A stretch of DNA of 64,000 nt from Candidatus Oxydemutatoraceae bacterium. GTDB lineage: Bacteria; Pseudomonadota; Gammaproteobacteria; Poriferisulfidales; Oxydemutatoraceae. The DNA lies in contig CBDCOZ010000001.1 in assembly GCA_965220085.1 (NCBI GenBank), positions 96,001-160,000 on the forward strand. The letters are read 5' to 3'. The notes beneath the pieces are model-generated. The model was not told the DNA's origin and did not search any database. It was given only the letters and a program-made list of their open reading frames with translations. Position numbers and translations under genes: made by a program. This document shows positions 9,723 to 18,666 of the stretch, in pieces (positions within the stretch are counted from its first letter, which is position 1; each line of letters starts with the position of its first letter).

Positions 9723-12413
9723 ATGTCACAGCAACTTGTCTTGGTCGATGGTTCGTCGTATCTGCACAGAGCCTATCACGCGCTTGATTTAACCGGCCCC
9801 GAAGGCCGGCCGACCGGCGCGATCTATGGCGTGATCAATATGTTGCGCGCGCTGACCAAAACGTACGAGCCGGATTACTTTGCGGTGGTCTTCGATGCGC
9901 CCGGCAAAACGTTTCGTCACGAAATCTATCCCGGCTACAAAGCGCACCGCCCTCCGACGCCCGAAGACTTAAAACGTCAGTTTGAAATCACGCGCGACAT
10001 CATTGCGGCTTTGGGCTATCCGTTGTTGCAATACCAGGGGGTGGAAGCCGATGACGTCATCGGCACTTTGGCGCGGCAGGCTGTGGCGCAGGGGCTGAGC
10101 GTGCTCATCTCTACCGGCGACAAAGACATGGCGCAACTGGTCGACGACAAGACGCGCCTGATAGACACGATGAAGAAGAAGCAAGAAGAAGCCCTGACCG
10201 ACAGCGCCGCTAAGGTGAAGAAAAAATTCGGCGTGTTGCCGGAGCAGATAGCGGACTATCTCGCTCTGGTCGGCGATGCGTCCGACGGCATCCCCGGGGT
10301 TGCCGGGGTCGGGCCGAAGACCGCGGCGCAGTGGCTCAACGCGTGGGGTGATCTCGCCGGCGTGACGGAGCATATCGATGAGGTCAAGGGTGAGAAGACG
10401 AAGGAGGCGCTGCGAGAGACATTGCCGATGTTGGAGGTTTACCGAGATTTGACAACGATCAAATGCGCGCTGGAACTCAACGATGATCCGTTGTCTTTGA
10501 CCGTCGCCGACCCCGATATTGAAGCGTTGCGTCGCCTGTATCGGGATTGCGGATTTCGGCGCTGGCTTGAGGCGCTGGGCGATGACGGGGCGGCGGACGC
10601 TGCGCCCGACGACGGACCCGAGGTCGCGTATCGCCTGATACTGACCCAAGCGTCTTTGCAGGACTATTTGCGCCGCATACGCAAAGCCAAGCGCTTTGCT
10701 TTTGATATCGCGCTGTCCGGCGACCGCGCTGTTGACGCGCAGATCGTCGGCATCGCTTTGGCAATGGGGGAAGACGATGCCGTGTATATTCCGCTTGCGC
10801 ACAGCTACCCGGGCGCGCCGCAACAACTCGATCGCGAGCGCTGTCTGCGCCAACTCGCGCCGGTATTTGAGGATGCCGATTGCGCCAAGTCGGCGCACGA
10901 TGCAAAGCGCATGATACACGCCCTCGCCGCTTGCGACATCGCGTTGCGCGGCGTGAGCGATGACAGCATGCTCGCCTCTTATGTCTGTGACTCGGTCGCA
11001 AGCGATCACAGCATCGTCAAGGCGGCGCGCAAGTATCTCGCCATTGACACGATAGAACTCGAGACGATTGCGGGCAAAGGCGCGAAGCGGATCGCCTTCC
11101 CGCAGTTGGCGGTTAAAACGACCGGGGATTATCTGGCGCAGCGCGCGGATATGAGTCTGCGTTTGCAAGAATGCATCAAGCCGCGCCTCGCGCAAGACGG
11201 TTTGACGCGGGTGTATGAAGAGATTGAGATGCCCTTGCTGCCGGTGTTGGCGGCGATGGAGCGCAAGGGGGTTTTGCTCGATGCCGAGATACTCGCGCAA
11301 CAAAGCGCCGAACTCGAGCAGCGCGCGTCGGAGATCGAGCGCAAAGCGTTTGCGCAGGCCGGCAGCGAATTTAATATGAACTCGCCCAAGCAGATAGAAA
11401 CCATTCTCTATGATCAGATCGGTTTGCAACCCGAGAAAAAGACCAAAGGCGGCCAGCGCTCCACCGCCGAAGATGTTTTGAAGCAACTGGCGAACGAGCA
11501 CGAATTGCCGGAGTTGATCTTGCGGCATCGCGCTTTGAACAAACTCAAAACCTACGCCGATAGATTGCCGCTGATGGTCCATCCGCATAGCGGGCGCATC
11601 CACACGTCGTATCATCAGGCGGTGACGGCAACCGGACGGCTGTCGTCATCGGATCCCAACTTGCAGAACATCCCCATCAGGACCGAGGAGGGGCGCAGGA
11701 TCAGGCAAGCCTTCATCGCCCCGCCGGGCTGCCGCTTGCTGGCGATAGATTATTCGCAGATTGAGATGCGAATCATGGCGCACATGTCGGATGACGCCGC
11801 TTTGCTCAAGCGTTTTGCCGCCGGCGATGACATTCATTCGGCGACCGCCGCCGAGGTGTTCGGGTGCGCGCCGGCGCAGGTCGACAGAGACCAACGGCGC
11901 ATCGCGAAGGCGATCAACTTCGGCTTGATTTACGGCATGTCGGCATTCGGTCTGGCCAAGCAGCTCGGCATTGCGCGCAGCGAAGCGGTGCGCTACGTGG
12001 AGAAATACTTTGAGCATTATCCCGCGGTCAAGGATTATATGGAGCGCACACGCGCCCTCGCGCACGCGCAGGGTTTTGTCGAAACCATCAGCGGGCGGCG
12101 GTTGTATCTGCCCGATCTCAAATCACGCAACGCGCCGCTGAAACGTTATGCGGAGCGCACCGCCATCAACGCGCCGATGCAGGGTTCGGCGGCGGACATC
12201 ATCAAGCAAGCGATGATAGACATTCGCAAGGATTTGCCCGACGATGTGTTCATCATCATGCAGGTACACGACGAGCTCGTGCTGGAGGCGCCGCAAGACA
12301 AGGCGGCGGAAGTGCGCGAACAATGCTGTGACAAGATGTGCAAGGTGATGCCGTTCAAGGCGCCGTTGACGGTCGATGCGGGCGACGGCGCTAATTGGGA
12401 CGAAGCGCACTGA
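9723..12413 (+). CDS. polA: DNA polymerase I
   Basis: VDGSSYLHRAYHA 5'-3' exonuclease, TGRLSSSDPNLQNIP, DYSQIEMR, KAINFGLIYG, QVHDEL. Confidence 0.98.
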   Translation: MSQQLVLVDGSSYLHRAYHALDLTGPEGRPTGAIYGVINMLRALTKTYEPDYFAVVFDAPGKTFRHEIYPGYKAHRPPTPEDLKRQFEITRDIIAALGYPLLQYQGVEADDVIGTLARQAVAQGLSVLISTGDKDMAQLVDDKTRLIDTMKKKQEEALTDSAAKVKKKFGVLPEQIADYLALVGDASDGIPGVAGVGPKTAAQWLNAWGDLAGVTEHIDEVKGEKTKEALRETLPMLEVYRDLTTIKCALELNDDPLSLTVADPDIEALRRLYRDCGFRRWLEALGDDGAADAAPDDGPEVAYRLILTQASLQDYLRRIRKAKRFAFDIALSGDRAVDAQIVGIALAMGEDDAVYIPLAHSYPGAPQQLDRERCLRQLAPVFEDADCAKSAHDAKRMIHALAACDIALRGVSDDSMLASYVCDSVASDHSIVKAARKYLAIDTIELETIAGKGAKRIAFPQLAVKTTGDYLAQRADMSLRLQECIKPRLAQDGLTRVYEEIEMPLLPVLAAMERKGVLLDAEILAQQSAELEQRASEIERKAFAQAGSEFNMNSPKQIETILYDQIGLQPEKKTKGGQRSTAEDVLKQLANEHELPELILRHRALNKLKTYADRLPLMVHPHSGRIHTSYHQAVTATGRLSSSDPNLQNIPIRTEEGRRIRQAFIAPPGCRLLAIDYSQIEMRIMAHMSDDAALLKRFAAGDDIHSATAAEVFGCAPAQVDRDQRRIAKAINFGLIYGMSAFGLAKQLGIARSEAVRYVEKYFEHYPAVKDYMERTRALAHAQGFVETISGRRLYLPDLKSRNAPLKRYAERTAINAPMQGSAADIIKQAMIDIRKDLPDDVFIIMQVHDELVLEAPQDKAAEVREQCCDKMCKVMPFKAPLTVDAGDGANWDEAH

Positions 12414-12712
12414 GCCGCGCCCGCGCCGCTGAAACGTTATGCGGAGCGCACCGCCATCAACGCGCCGATGCAGGGTTCGGCGGCGGACATCATCAAGCAA
12501 GCGATGATAGACATTCGCAAGGATTTGCCCGACGATGTGTTCATCATCATGCAGGTATACGACGAGCTCGTGCTGGAGGCGCCGCAAGACAAGGCGGCGG
12601 AAGTGCGCGAACAATGCTGTGACAAGATGTGCAAGGTGATGCCGCTCAAGGCGCCGTTGACGGTCGATGCGGGCGACGGCGCTAATTGGGACGAAGCGCA
12701 CTGAGCCGCGCC
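12131..12712. repeat. 291-bp tandem duplication of the polA 3' end (2 copies)
   Basis: 12131-12421 repeated at 12422-12712 with two substitutions seen. Confidence 0.95.
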
Positions 12713-12721
12713 CGCCGCGCC

Positions 12722-13324
12722 TTACAACATCAGATAATCGCCGATTTTGCGCCGCGCCTCGCCTGCGCCTCTGCCTTTGTGGGCGGAAAATATTTGCGCG
12801 CCGATCGCGCTCCGCAGCATGCGCTCCAGTTGCGCCATCGTATCGCGCAGCGTTTGCGCGCCCGCGCTCCGCGACAACTTGTCGCTTTTTGTCAGCAATA
12901 TATGCAGCGGCAACTCGGGGCGGAGGGCGATGATCCAATCGATCACTTCCATATCCGGTGTGCCGAGCGCGCGCCGAATATCTGCGATTAAAAAGACGCA
13001 ACGAAGACTCTGCCGGTTTGAAAAATAATCGTTGAGTACCGCATCCCACTGCTGTCGGGTTTTTTCATTGACATTTGAATAACCGTAGCCGGGCAGATCC
13101 ACCAGCCGTTTTTCCGCGCTGACGGCAAAGAAGTTTATCGTCTGCGTGCGCCCGGGGGTCTTGCCGGTCTTGGCGATCTTTTGCTTGCAGATGGCATTGA
13201 TAGCGCTTGACTTGCCGGCGTTAGAACGGCCGATGAAGGCGAGTTCCGCGCCGCTGTCCGGCAAAAACTCTTGCGCCCGCATGGCGCTTTTGACGAAGCT
13301 GGTGTTAGCCAGGGGATTCTTCAT
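12722..13324 (-). CDS. engB: GTP-binding protein EngB/YihA
   Basis: GRSNAGKSS, PGRTQ, DLPGYG, TKSD. Confidence 0.95.
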   Translation of the reverse strand: MKNPLANTSFVKSAMRAQEFLPDSGAELAFIGRSNAGKSSAINAICKQKIAKTGKTPGRTQTINFFAVSAEKRLVDLPGYGYSNVNEKTRQQWDAVLNDYFSNRQSLRCVFLIADIRRALGTPDMEVIDWIIALRPELPLHILLTKSDKLSRSAGAQTLRDTMAQLERMLRSAIGAQIFSAHKGRGAGEARRKIGDYLML

Positions 13325-13340
13325 CGTCTCGCGCTGTCGG

Positions 13341-14462
13341 TCAATTGATCCGGCAGTAAAACCCGCCGCCGCCGCTGCTGACGTAGTTTTCCAACTCCAA
13401 CATCAGCAACATGGAGGCGACTTCTTCAATCGGCGTGTCGGTGCGCTCCGCCAGCGTGTCGGCGGTGACAGGGTCATAACCCATTTGCTCAAGTAACCGC
13501 AAATGCGACGCATCCAGCGCGCCCGCCTTGGCCGCGCCGGCGGCGGTGTCATCGTCTTCGCCGGCAGGCGACAGCGCTTCCAAGTCGACACAGGATCTGA
13601 TGCCGGCCAACACATCCGGAACGCTCTCGGCCAGTGTCGCGCCGCTGCGTATCAGATGGTGGCAACCTTTGCTCAGCGGGTTGTGGACGGAGCCGGGTAT
13701 CGCAAACACTTCGCGCCCTTGTTCGTTGGCGAGGCGCGCGGTGATCAGCGAGCCGCTTCGCATGCTCGCTTCCACGACGATAACGCCCAGCGACAGACCG
13801 CTGATGATGCGGTTGCGTTGCGGGAAGTTGCTCGGAATCGGCGGCGTGCCGCACGGGAACTCGGAGACGATCGCCCCGTTGCGCGCAATCGTCTGGGCCA
13901 GTTCTTTGTTCTGCGCCGGGTAGATGATATCGGGCCCGGTGGCGATGACCGCGACAGTCGGCGCCTTGGCATCCAACGCGCCGTGATGGGCGCGGCTGTC
14001 TATGCCGTATGCGAGACCGCTGGTGATGAGGATGCCCGCCTTGGCCAACTCGTTTGCAAAGTCATAAGCGATCTTTCTTCCGCCGACAGTCGGACTGCGC
14101 GAACCGACAATTGCAATTTGCGGATCGCGAAGCAGCGACCGATCGCCTTTGACAAACAGCGCCGGCGGCGCATCCGGCAAGGCGCTCAGACGTTCGGGAT
14201 AGTTTTGATCGAACAGACTGATGATCGTGTGCGCGGGGTCCCGCAACCACGCGAGGTCTTTCTCTATCAGGCTGCGGTCCGGGTTGCGCAGAAAGCCGAT
14301 CGCCTTGGCGGGCAAACCGGCCTTTGCCAGTTGATCGCGTTTTGCGCGGAGCACATCGGCGGGCGCGCCAAAGCGCTCGAGCAGCGCGCGGAAATGCTTG
14401 GCCCCGACACCCGGCGCGCGGTTTAATATCAGCAAGCTTTCCGAATTTGCGGTATCTGTCAT
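13341..14462 (-). CDS. dprA: DNA processing protein DprA
   Basis: IAIVGSR, SGLAYGID, FPQRNRIISGLS, SGSLITA. Confidence 0.96.
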   Translation of the reverse strand: MTDTANSESLLILNRAPGVGAKHFRALLERFGAPADVLRAKRDQLAKAGLPAKAIGFLRNPDRSLIEKDLAWLRDPAHTIISLFDQNYPERLSALPDAPPALFVKGDRSLLRDPQIAIVGSRSPTVGGRKIAYDFANELAKAGILITSGLAYGIDSRAHHGALDAKAPTVAVIATGPDIIYPAQNKELAQTIARNGAIVSEFPCGTPPIPSNFPQRNRIISGLSLGVIVVEASMRSGSLITARLANEQGREVFAIPGSVHNPLSKGCHHLIRSGATLAESVPDVLAGIRSCVDLEALSPAGEDDDTAAGAAKAGALDASHLRLLEQMGYDPVTADTLAERTDTPIEEVASMLLMLELENYVSSGGGGFYCRIN

Positions 14463-14620
14463 GATTCTATCGCGGTTTTGACCGTCATCGGGCTATATTA
14501 TTACCTGTTGCGGACTTCTGCCATAATGCGAGGCATGAAACGACCATATTTTCCGACACGTTGCACGAAAGTACGCCGAGGGCGTAGAATAAGCGCGATA
14601 TCAGGAGGCTGGAAATTGAT

Positions 14621-15154
14621 ATGAAAGAGATACTCAGATACCCGGACCCCAGGTTGCGCCACAAGGCCGAGCCGGTAACAGACTTCGACTCCGAAGTCGC
14701 GCGGATTGCGGACGAGCTGTTGGAGACGATGTATGCCGAGAACGGTATCGGTCTGGCGGCGACTCAGGTCAATATTCAAAAATCCATTCTGGTCGTCGAT
14801 GTGTCGGAGAAGCGCGACACCCCGATGCGTCTGGTCAATGCGCAGATTACGCGCCGAGAGGGCGAGGAAGTGATGCAAGAGGGTTGCTTATCGGTGCCCG
14901 GTATTTTTGCCGAGGTCAAGCGCGCCGAACGGATTCGGGTAAAAGCCTGCACGCCCGCGGGCGAAGCGCTGGACATTGAAGCCGACGGGATACTCGCTGT
15001 TTGCATTCAACACGAGATGGATCACCTTCGCGGCAAACTGTTCGTCGATTATCTGTCGCCGGAAAAACGCCGCCGCGTGCTGGAGCAACTGAGAAAGTTG
15101 CGCCCCGGAGAAAAGCCGCCGCCGCGGGAGAACGTCCCTTACGAACTGGTTTGA
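14621..15154 (+). CDS. def: Peptide deformylase
   Basis: [19 protein letters not shown]. Confidence 0.97.
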   Translation: MKEILRYPDPRLRHKAEPVTDFDSEVARIADELLETMYAENGIGLAATQVNIQKSILVVDVSEKRDTPMRLVNAQITRREGEEVMQEGCLSVPGIFAEVKRAERIRVKACTPAGEALDIEADGILAVCIQHEMDHLRGKLFVDYLSPEKRRRVLEQLRKLRPGEKPPPRENVPYELV

Positions 15155-15174
15155 GCGCGTCCGCTAACTGAGAA

Positions 15175-16122
15175 ATGCGTATTGTTTTTGCCGGCACTCC
15201 CGATTTCGTTTTGCCGACTCTTGAGCGGCTCATCTGCTCGCCGCACCGAGTGGTTGCCGTTTACACCGCGCCCGATCGTCGCGCCGGTCGCGGCTTGAAG
15301 TTGCGGCAAAGCGCGGTCAAGGAATGCGCGCTCGCGCATCATCTGCCGCTTGAGCAGGCAACAAGTTTTGACGAAGCCGCTTGCCGAACGCTTGCCGCTT
15401 ACGAAGCGGATGTAATCGTCGTGATGGCGTACGGCTTGATATTGCCCGCGGCGGCGTTGCGCAGCGCCAAGCTTGCTTGTGTCAATGCGCATCTGTCATT
15501 GTTGCCGCGCTGGCGCGGAGCGGCGCCGGCCGTGCGCGCGATTGAAGCGGGCGACGAATACAGCGGGGTCTGCCTGATCAAGATGACAGAGGCGTTGGAT
15601 GCCGGGCCGATAATCGCTTCGCAAGCGTGCCGTCTGCTGGCGGATGATACGAGCGACAGCCTGTTGCGCCGGCTGGGCGGGATGGTTCCCGATGTGCTGC
15701 GACGCTTTATGGACAATCCCCAAGCGATGCTCGCCGCCGCGGCGGCACAAACGGCGCAAGGCGTGTGCTATGCGTCCAAGGCGCGCAAAGACGAGGCGTG
15801 GCTAGATTGGACGCAGCCTGCGGCAACGCTTGATTGCAAGATTCGCGCCTTGAACCCGTGGCCTGTTGCGCAGACGCAGCTCAATGATCGCGTCTTGAGG
15901 ATATGGCGCGCAAGCCCGTGTGCCGGGGAAGGCGAGCCCGGGCGGTTTATCGGCGACGGGCGGCCTGCGGTCGTCGTCGCTTGCGGCGACGGCGCGCTGG
16001 AGTTGCGGCAGGTGCAGATGCAGAATGGAAAGAAGATGTCCGCCGGCGAGTTTGCCAACGGGCGGGCGCTTGCGGGGCAATGCTTGGATTCGTTGGTTTC
16101 CGATGCGGCGGGCGCGAAATGA
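15175..16122 (+). CDS. fmt: Methionyl-tRNA formyltransferase
   Basis: FAGTPDF, NAHLSLLPRWRGAAP, LDAGP; follows def. Confidence 0.95.
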   Translation: MRIVFAGTPDFVLPTLERLICSPHRVVAVYTAPDRRAGRGLKLRQSAVKECALAHHLPLEQATSFDEAACRTLAAYEADVIVVMAYGLILPAAALRSAKLACVNAHLSLLPRWRGAAPAVRAIEAGDEYSGVCLIKMTEALDAGPIIASQACRLLADDTSDSLLRRLGGMVPDVLRRFMDNPQAMLAAAAAQTAQGVCYASKARKDEAWLDWTQPAATLDCKIRALNPWPVAQTQLNDRVLRIWRASPCAGEGEPGRFIGDGRPAVVVACGDGALELRQVQMQNGKKMSAGEFANGRALAGQCLDSLVSDAAGAK

Positions 16123-17777
16123 AGACGATGATCAGACTGTTTTTAATCTGCATACTGGCGGCGGCTCCGTTCGTTGCCGTTGCGAACGGATATGCGATTG
16201 CAACGGCGCATCCGCTGGCAACCCAAGCGGGAGAGAAGATCCTCGCCGACGGCGGCAACGCATTCGATGCGGCGGTGACGGTCAGCGCGGTGTTGGGAGT
16301 GGTCGAGCCGTCCGGCTCCGGTTTTGGCGGCGGCGGTTTCTGGTTGCTGCACGAGAGCAAGACCGGCAAAGACATCATGGTGGACGGGCGCGAAGTCGCG
16401 CCGTCTGCCGCCCACGCCAAGTTGTATCAAGATGAGAACGGCGACGTCATCGCCGGCTTGTCGGCGGATGGCGCATTGGCCGCGGGCATACCCGGCATGC
16501 CGGCGGCATTGGCGCATATCGCCGAGCGTTACGGCAGTTTGCCGTTAGCGCACTTGCTGGCGCCGGCTGTGCGTCATGCCGAAGAAGGTTTTGCGGCGGA
16601 TGCGCGGCTTGTCCGCTATGCGAAGTCGCGCCTTGACGCATTGCGGGCACAGCCGCAAGATAGCATGCCCTTTCTTATCGGCAACGATGCGCCGAAGGTC
16701 GGCGATCGCATCCGGCAACGGGCTTTGGCAAACACGATCGGCAAGATAGCACAGCACGGCAAAGACGGCTTTTACCGCGGCGCCATCGCACAAGAGTTGG
16801 TCGCTTCGGTGCGGCGCGCGGGCGGCATCTGGCGGCTCAATGATTTGGCCGAGTACAAAGTGGTTGAGAGGCAGCCGATACGCATCACGTATAAAGGCGC
16901 CGATATCATCAGCGCGTCTCCGCCGTCGTCGGGGGGAATCGTGATAGCCGAGATACTCAACATCCTGTCCGAGTTTGACCTGCAAGGGATGTCGCCGCTG
17001 CAAAGGAAGCATCACATCATTGAGGCGATGCGCAGAGCATACAAAGACCGTTCAATGTGGCTGGGCGATCCGGATTTTGTCGAGATACCGCGCTACCTGA
17101 CGGACAAGAAATATGCCGCCACACTGGCGCGCGGCATCGATGCGACTGCCGCGACACCGAGCGGCGACTCCGCCGCCCCGCGCGAAGGCGAGAACACGAC
17201 GCATTTTTCTATCATCGATGCCGAAGGCAATCGGGTGGCGGCAACCTTGTCAATCAATTACCCGTTCGGTTGCGGTCTGATTGCCGGTACCACCGGCGTG
17301 TTGCTAAATAATGAGATGGACGATTTTGCCGCCGCGCCGGGCGCGGCCAACCTCTATGGTTTGACCGGCAGCGAGGCGAATTCCATCGCCGCCGGCAAGC
17401 GCATGTTGTCCAGCATGTCGCCGACCTTTGTGGAAGACGACGAACGCCTTGCGGCGCTCGGCACGCCCGGCGGCAGTCGCATCATCACGATGGTTCTGCT
17501 CGGCATCATGCGTTTCCTTGACGGCGACAGCGCCGGCGACATCGTCGCAGCGCCGCGCTTTCATCACCAGTATCTGCCCGATGTCGTGACCTTTGAGAGC
17601 GGCGCGCTGAGTGTCGGGATGCAGCGCGGCCTGCAAAAGCTCGGTCACAGCCTGAAACAACGACAGCGCCCCTACGGCAACATGCAGATCGTCATCCAAG
17701 ATAAGCGCAACGGAGCCTTGTCCGCGGCTTCCGATTCGCGCGGCATCGGCGCCGCAGCGGCAGGCATATTGCGTTGA
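16119..17777 (+). CDS. ggt: Gamma-glutamyltransferase
   Basis: Signal peptide, GGNAFDAA, SGFGGGGF, ENTTHFS, LLNNEMDDF, LSSMSP, GTPGGSRI. Confidence 0.95.
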   Translation: MKTMIRLFLICILAAAPFVAVANGYAIATAHPLATQAGEKILADGGNAFDAAVTVSAVLGVVEPSGSGFGGGGFWLLHESKTGKDIMVDGREVAPSAAHAKLYQDENGDVIAGLSADGALAAGIPGMPAALAHIAERYGSLPLAHLLAPAVRHAEEGFAADARLVRYAKSRLDALRAQPQDSMPFLIGNDAPKVGDRIRQRALANTIGKIAQHGKDGFYRGAIAQELVASVRRAGGIWRLNDLAEYKVVERQPIRITYKGADIISASPPSSGGIVIAEILNILSEFDLQGMSPLQRKHHIIEAMRRAYKDRSMWLGDPDFVEIPRYLTDKKYAATLARGIDATAATPSGDSAAPREGENTTHFSIIDAEGNRVAATLSINYPFGCGLIAGTTGVLLNNEMDDFAAAPGAANLYGLTGSEANSIAAGKRMLSSMSPTFVEDDERLAALGTPGGSRIITMVLLGIMRFLDGDSAGDIVAAPRFHHQYLPDVVTFESGALSVGMQRGLQKLGHSLKQRQRPYGNMQIVIQDKRNGALSAASDSRGIGAAAAGILR

Positions 17778-18009
17778 TGGCCATCCGAAATGCGCGCAAA
17801 GTTGCCATACTCCGCTTGCGGCTTGCAAAAGCTCGGTCACAGCCTGAAACAACGACAGCGCGCCTGCGGCAACATGCAGATCGTCATCCAAGATAAGCGC
17901 AACGGAGCCTTGTCCGCGGCTTCCGATTCGCGCGGCATCGGCGCCGCAGCGGCAGGCGCATTGCGTTGATGGCCATCCGAAATGCGCGTAAAGTTGCTAT
18001 ACTCCGTTT
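17626..18009. repeat. 192-bp tandem duplication of ggt 3' end plus DUF4390 gene 5' end
   Basis: 17626-17817 repeated at 17818-18009 with several substitutions. Confidence 0.92.
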
Positions 18010-18625
18010 TATGTATCTCATGAGCAATCGGTTAGCGGTCGGCGCGGTCGGCATTTTGGCGGTGTGGTGTGTTGTCACAACTCCGGTTGTCGGTCAAAAC
18101 GCGCATCAACAACCCGGCACGACGACCCACGGTCAAAGCGGAGACATCATCACGATAGAGTTCGGCGAGCCGGCGGTGCGCGACGGTGTCATTTCCTTGA
18201 ACGCGCAAGCGTCGTTTGAGTTGCCCGCCATGTTGGTGACCGCGCTGAACAAAGGAGTGAATCTGATTTTTGTCGGCGAGGCGGTGGTGTTGCAAGAGAG
18301 AGAGATGTGGCCGGACAAAGAGATTGTCAACATCCGCTTGCCCAGACGTTTGCGTTTCCACGCTCTGACGCGCAAATACATCGTGGATGACTTGGCGACA
18401 TCCGCTCAGGAAGCCTTTGACTCGTTAAACGCCGCGCTGCGCTACCTCGGCCGCTATGAGGATATAGTCCTGATCAAATCGTCGCTGGCTGCGGCGTCAC
18501 AAGCGACCCACGTGCGCATGCGCATGCGCCTTCAGCGCAACAATCTGGCCTTGCCGTTGCGTCTGCAAACCTATTTTTCCGCGCCATGGCCCATGTCTTC
18601 GGACTGGCGTCAATGGGCCCTCTGA
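17969..18625 (+). CDS. DUF4390 family protein
   Basis: ALNKGV, LRFHALTRKY, LPLRL motifs; position upstream of ntrY; start uncertain. Confidence 0.75.
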   Translation: MAIRNARKVAILRFMYLMSNRLAVGAVGILAVWCVVTTPVVGQNAHQQPGTTTHGQSGDIITIEFGEPAVRDGVISLNAQASFELPAMLVTALNKGVNLIFVGEAVVLQEREMWPDKEIVNIRLPRRLRFHALTRKYIVDDLATSAQEAFDSLNAALRYLGRYEDIVLIKSSLAAASQATHVRMRMRLQRNNLALPLRLQTYFSAPWPMSSDWRQWAL

Positions 18626-18666
18626 GCGCGGCGGCGCGGTAATCATGTCTGCGCGAGGTATCCGGC

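Noticed and set aside
9969-13049. Long minus-strand ORFs 9969..11615 and 12123..13049
   Set aside because: Antisense or alternative-frame shadows of polA and engB in GC-rich DNA.
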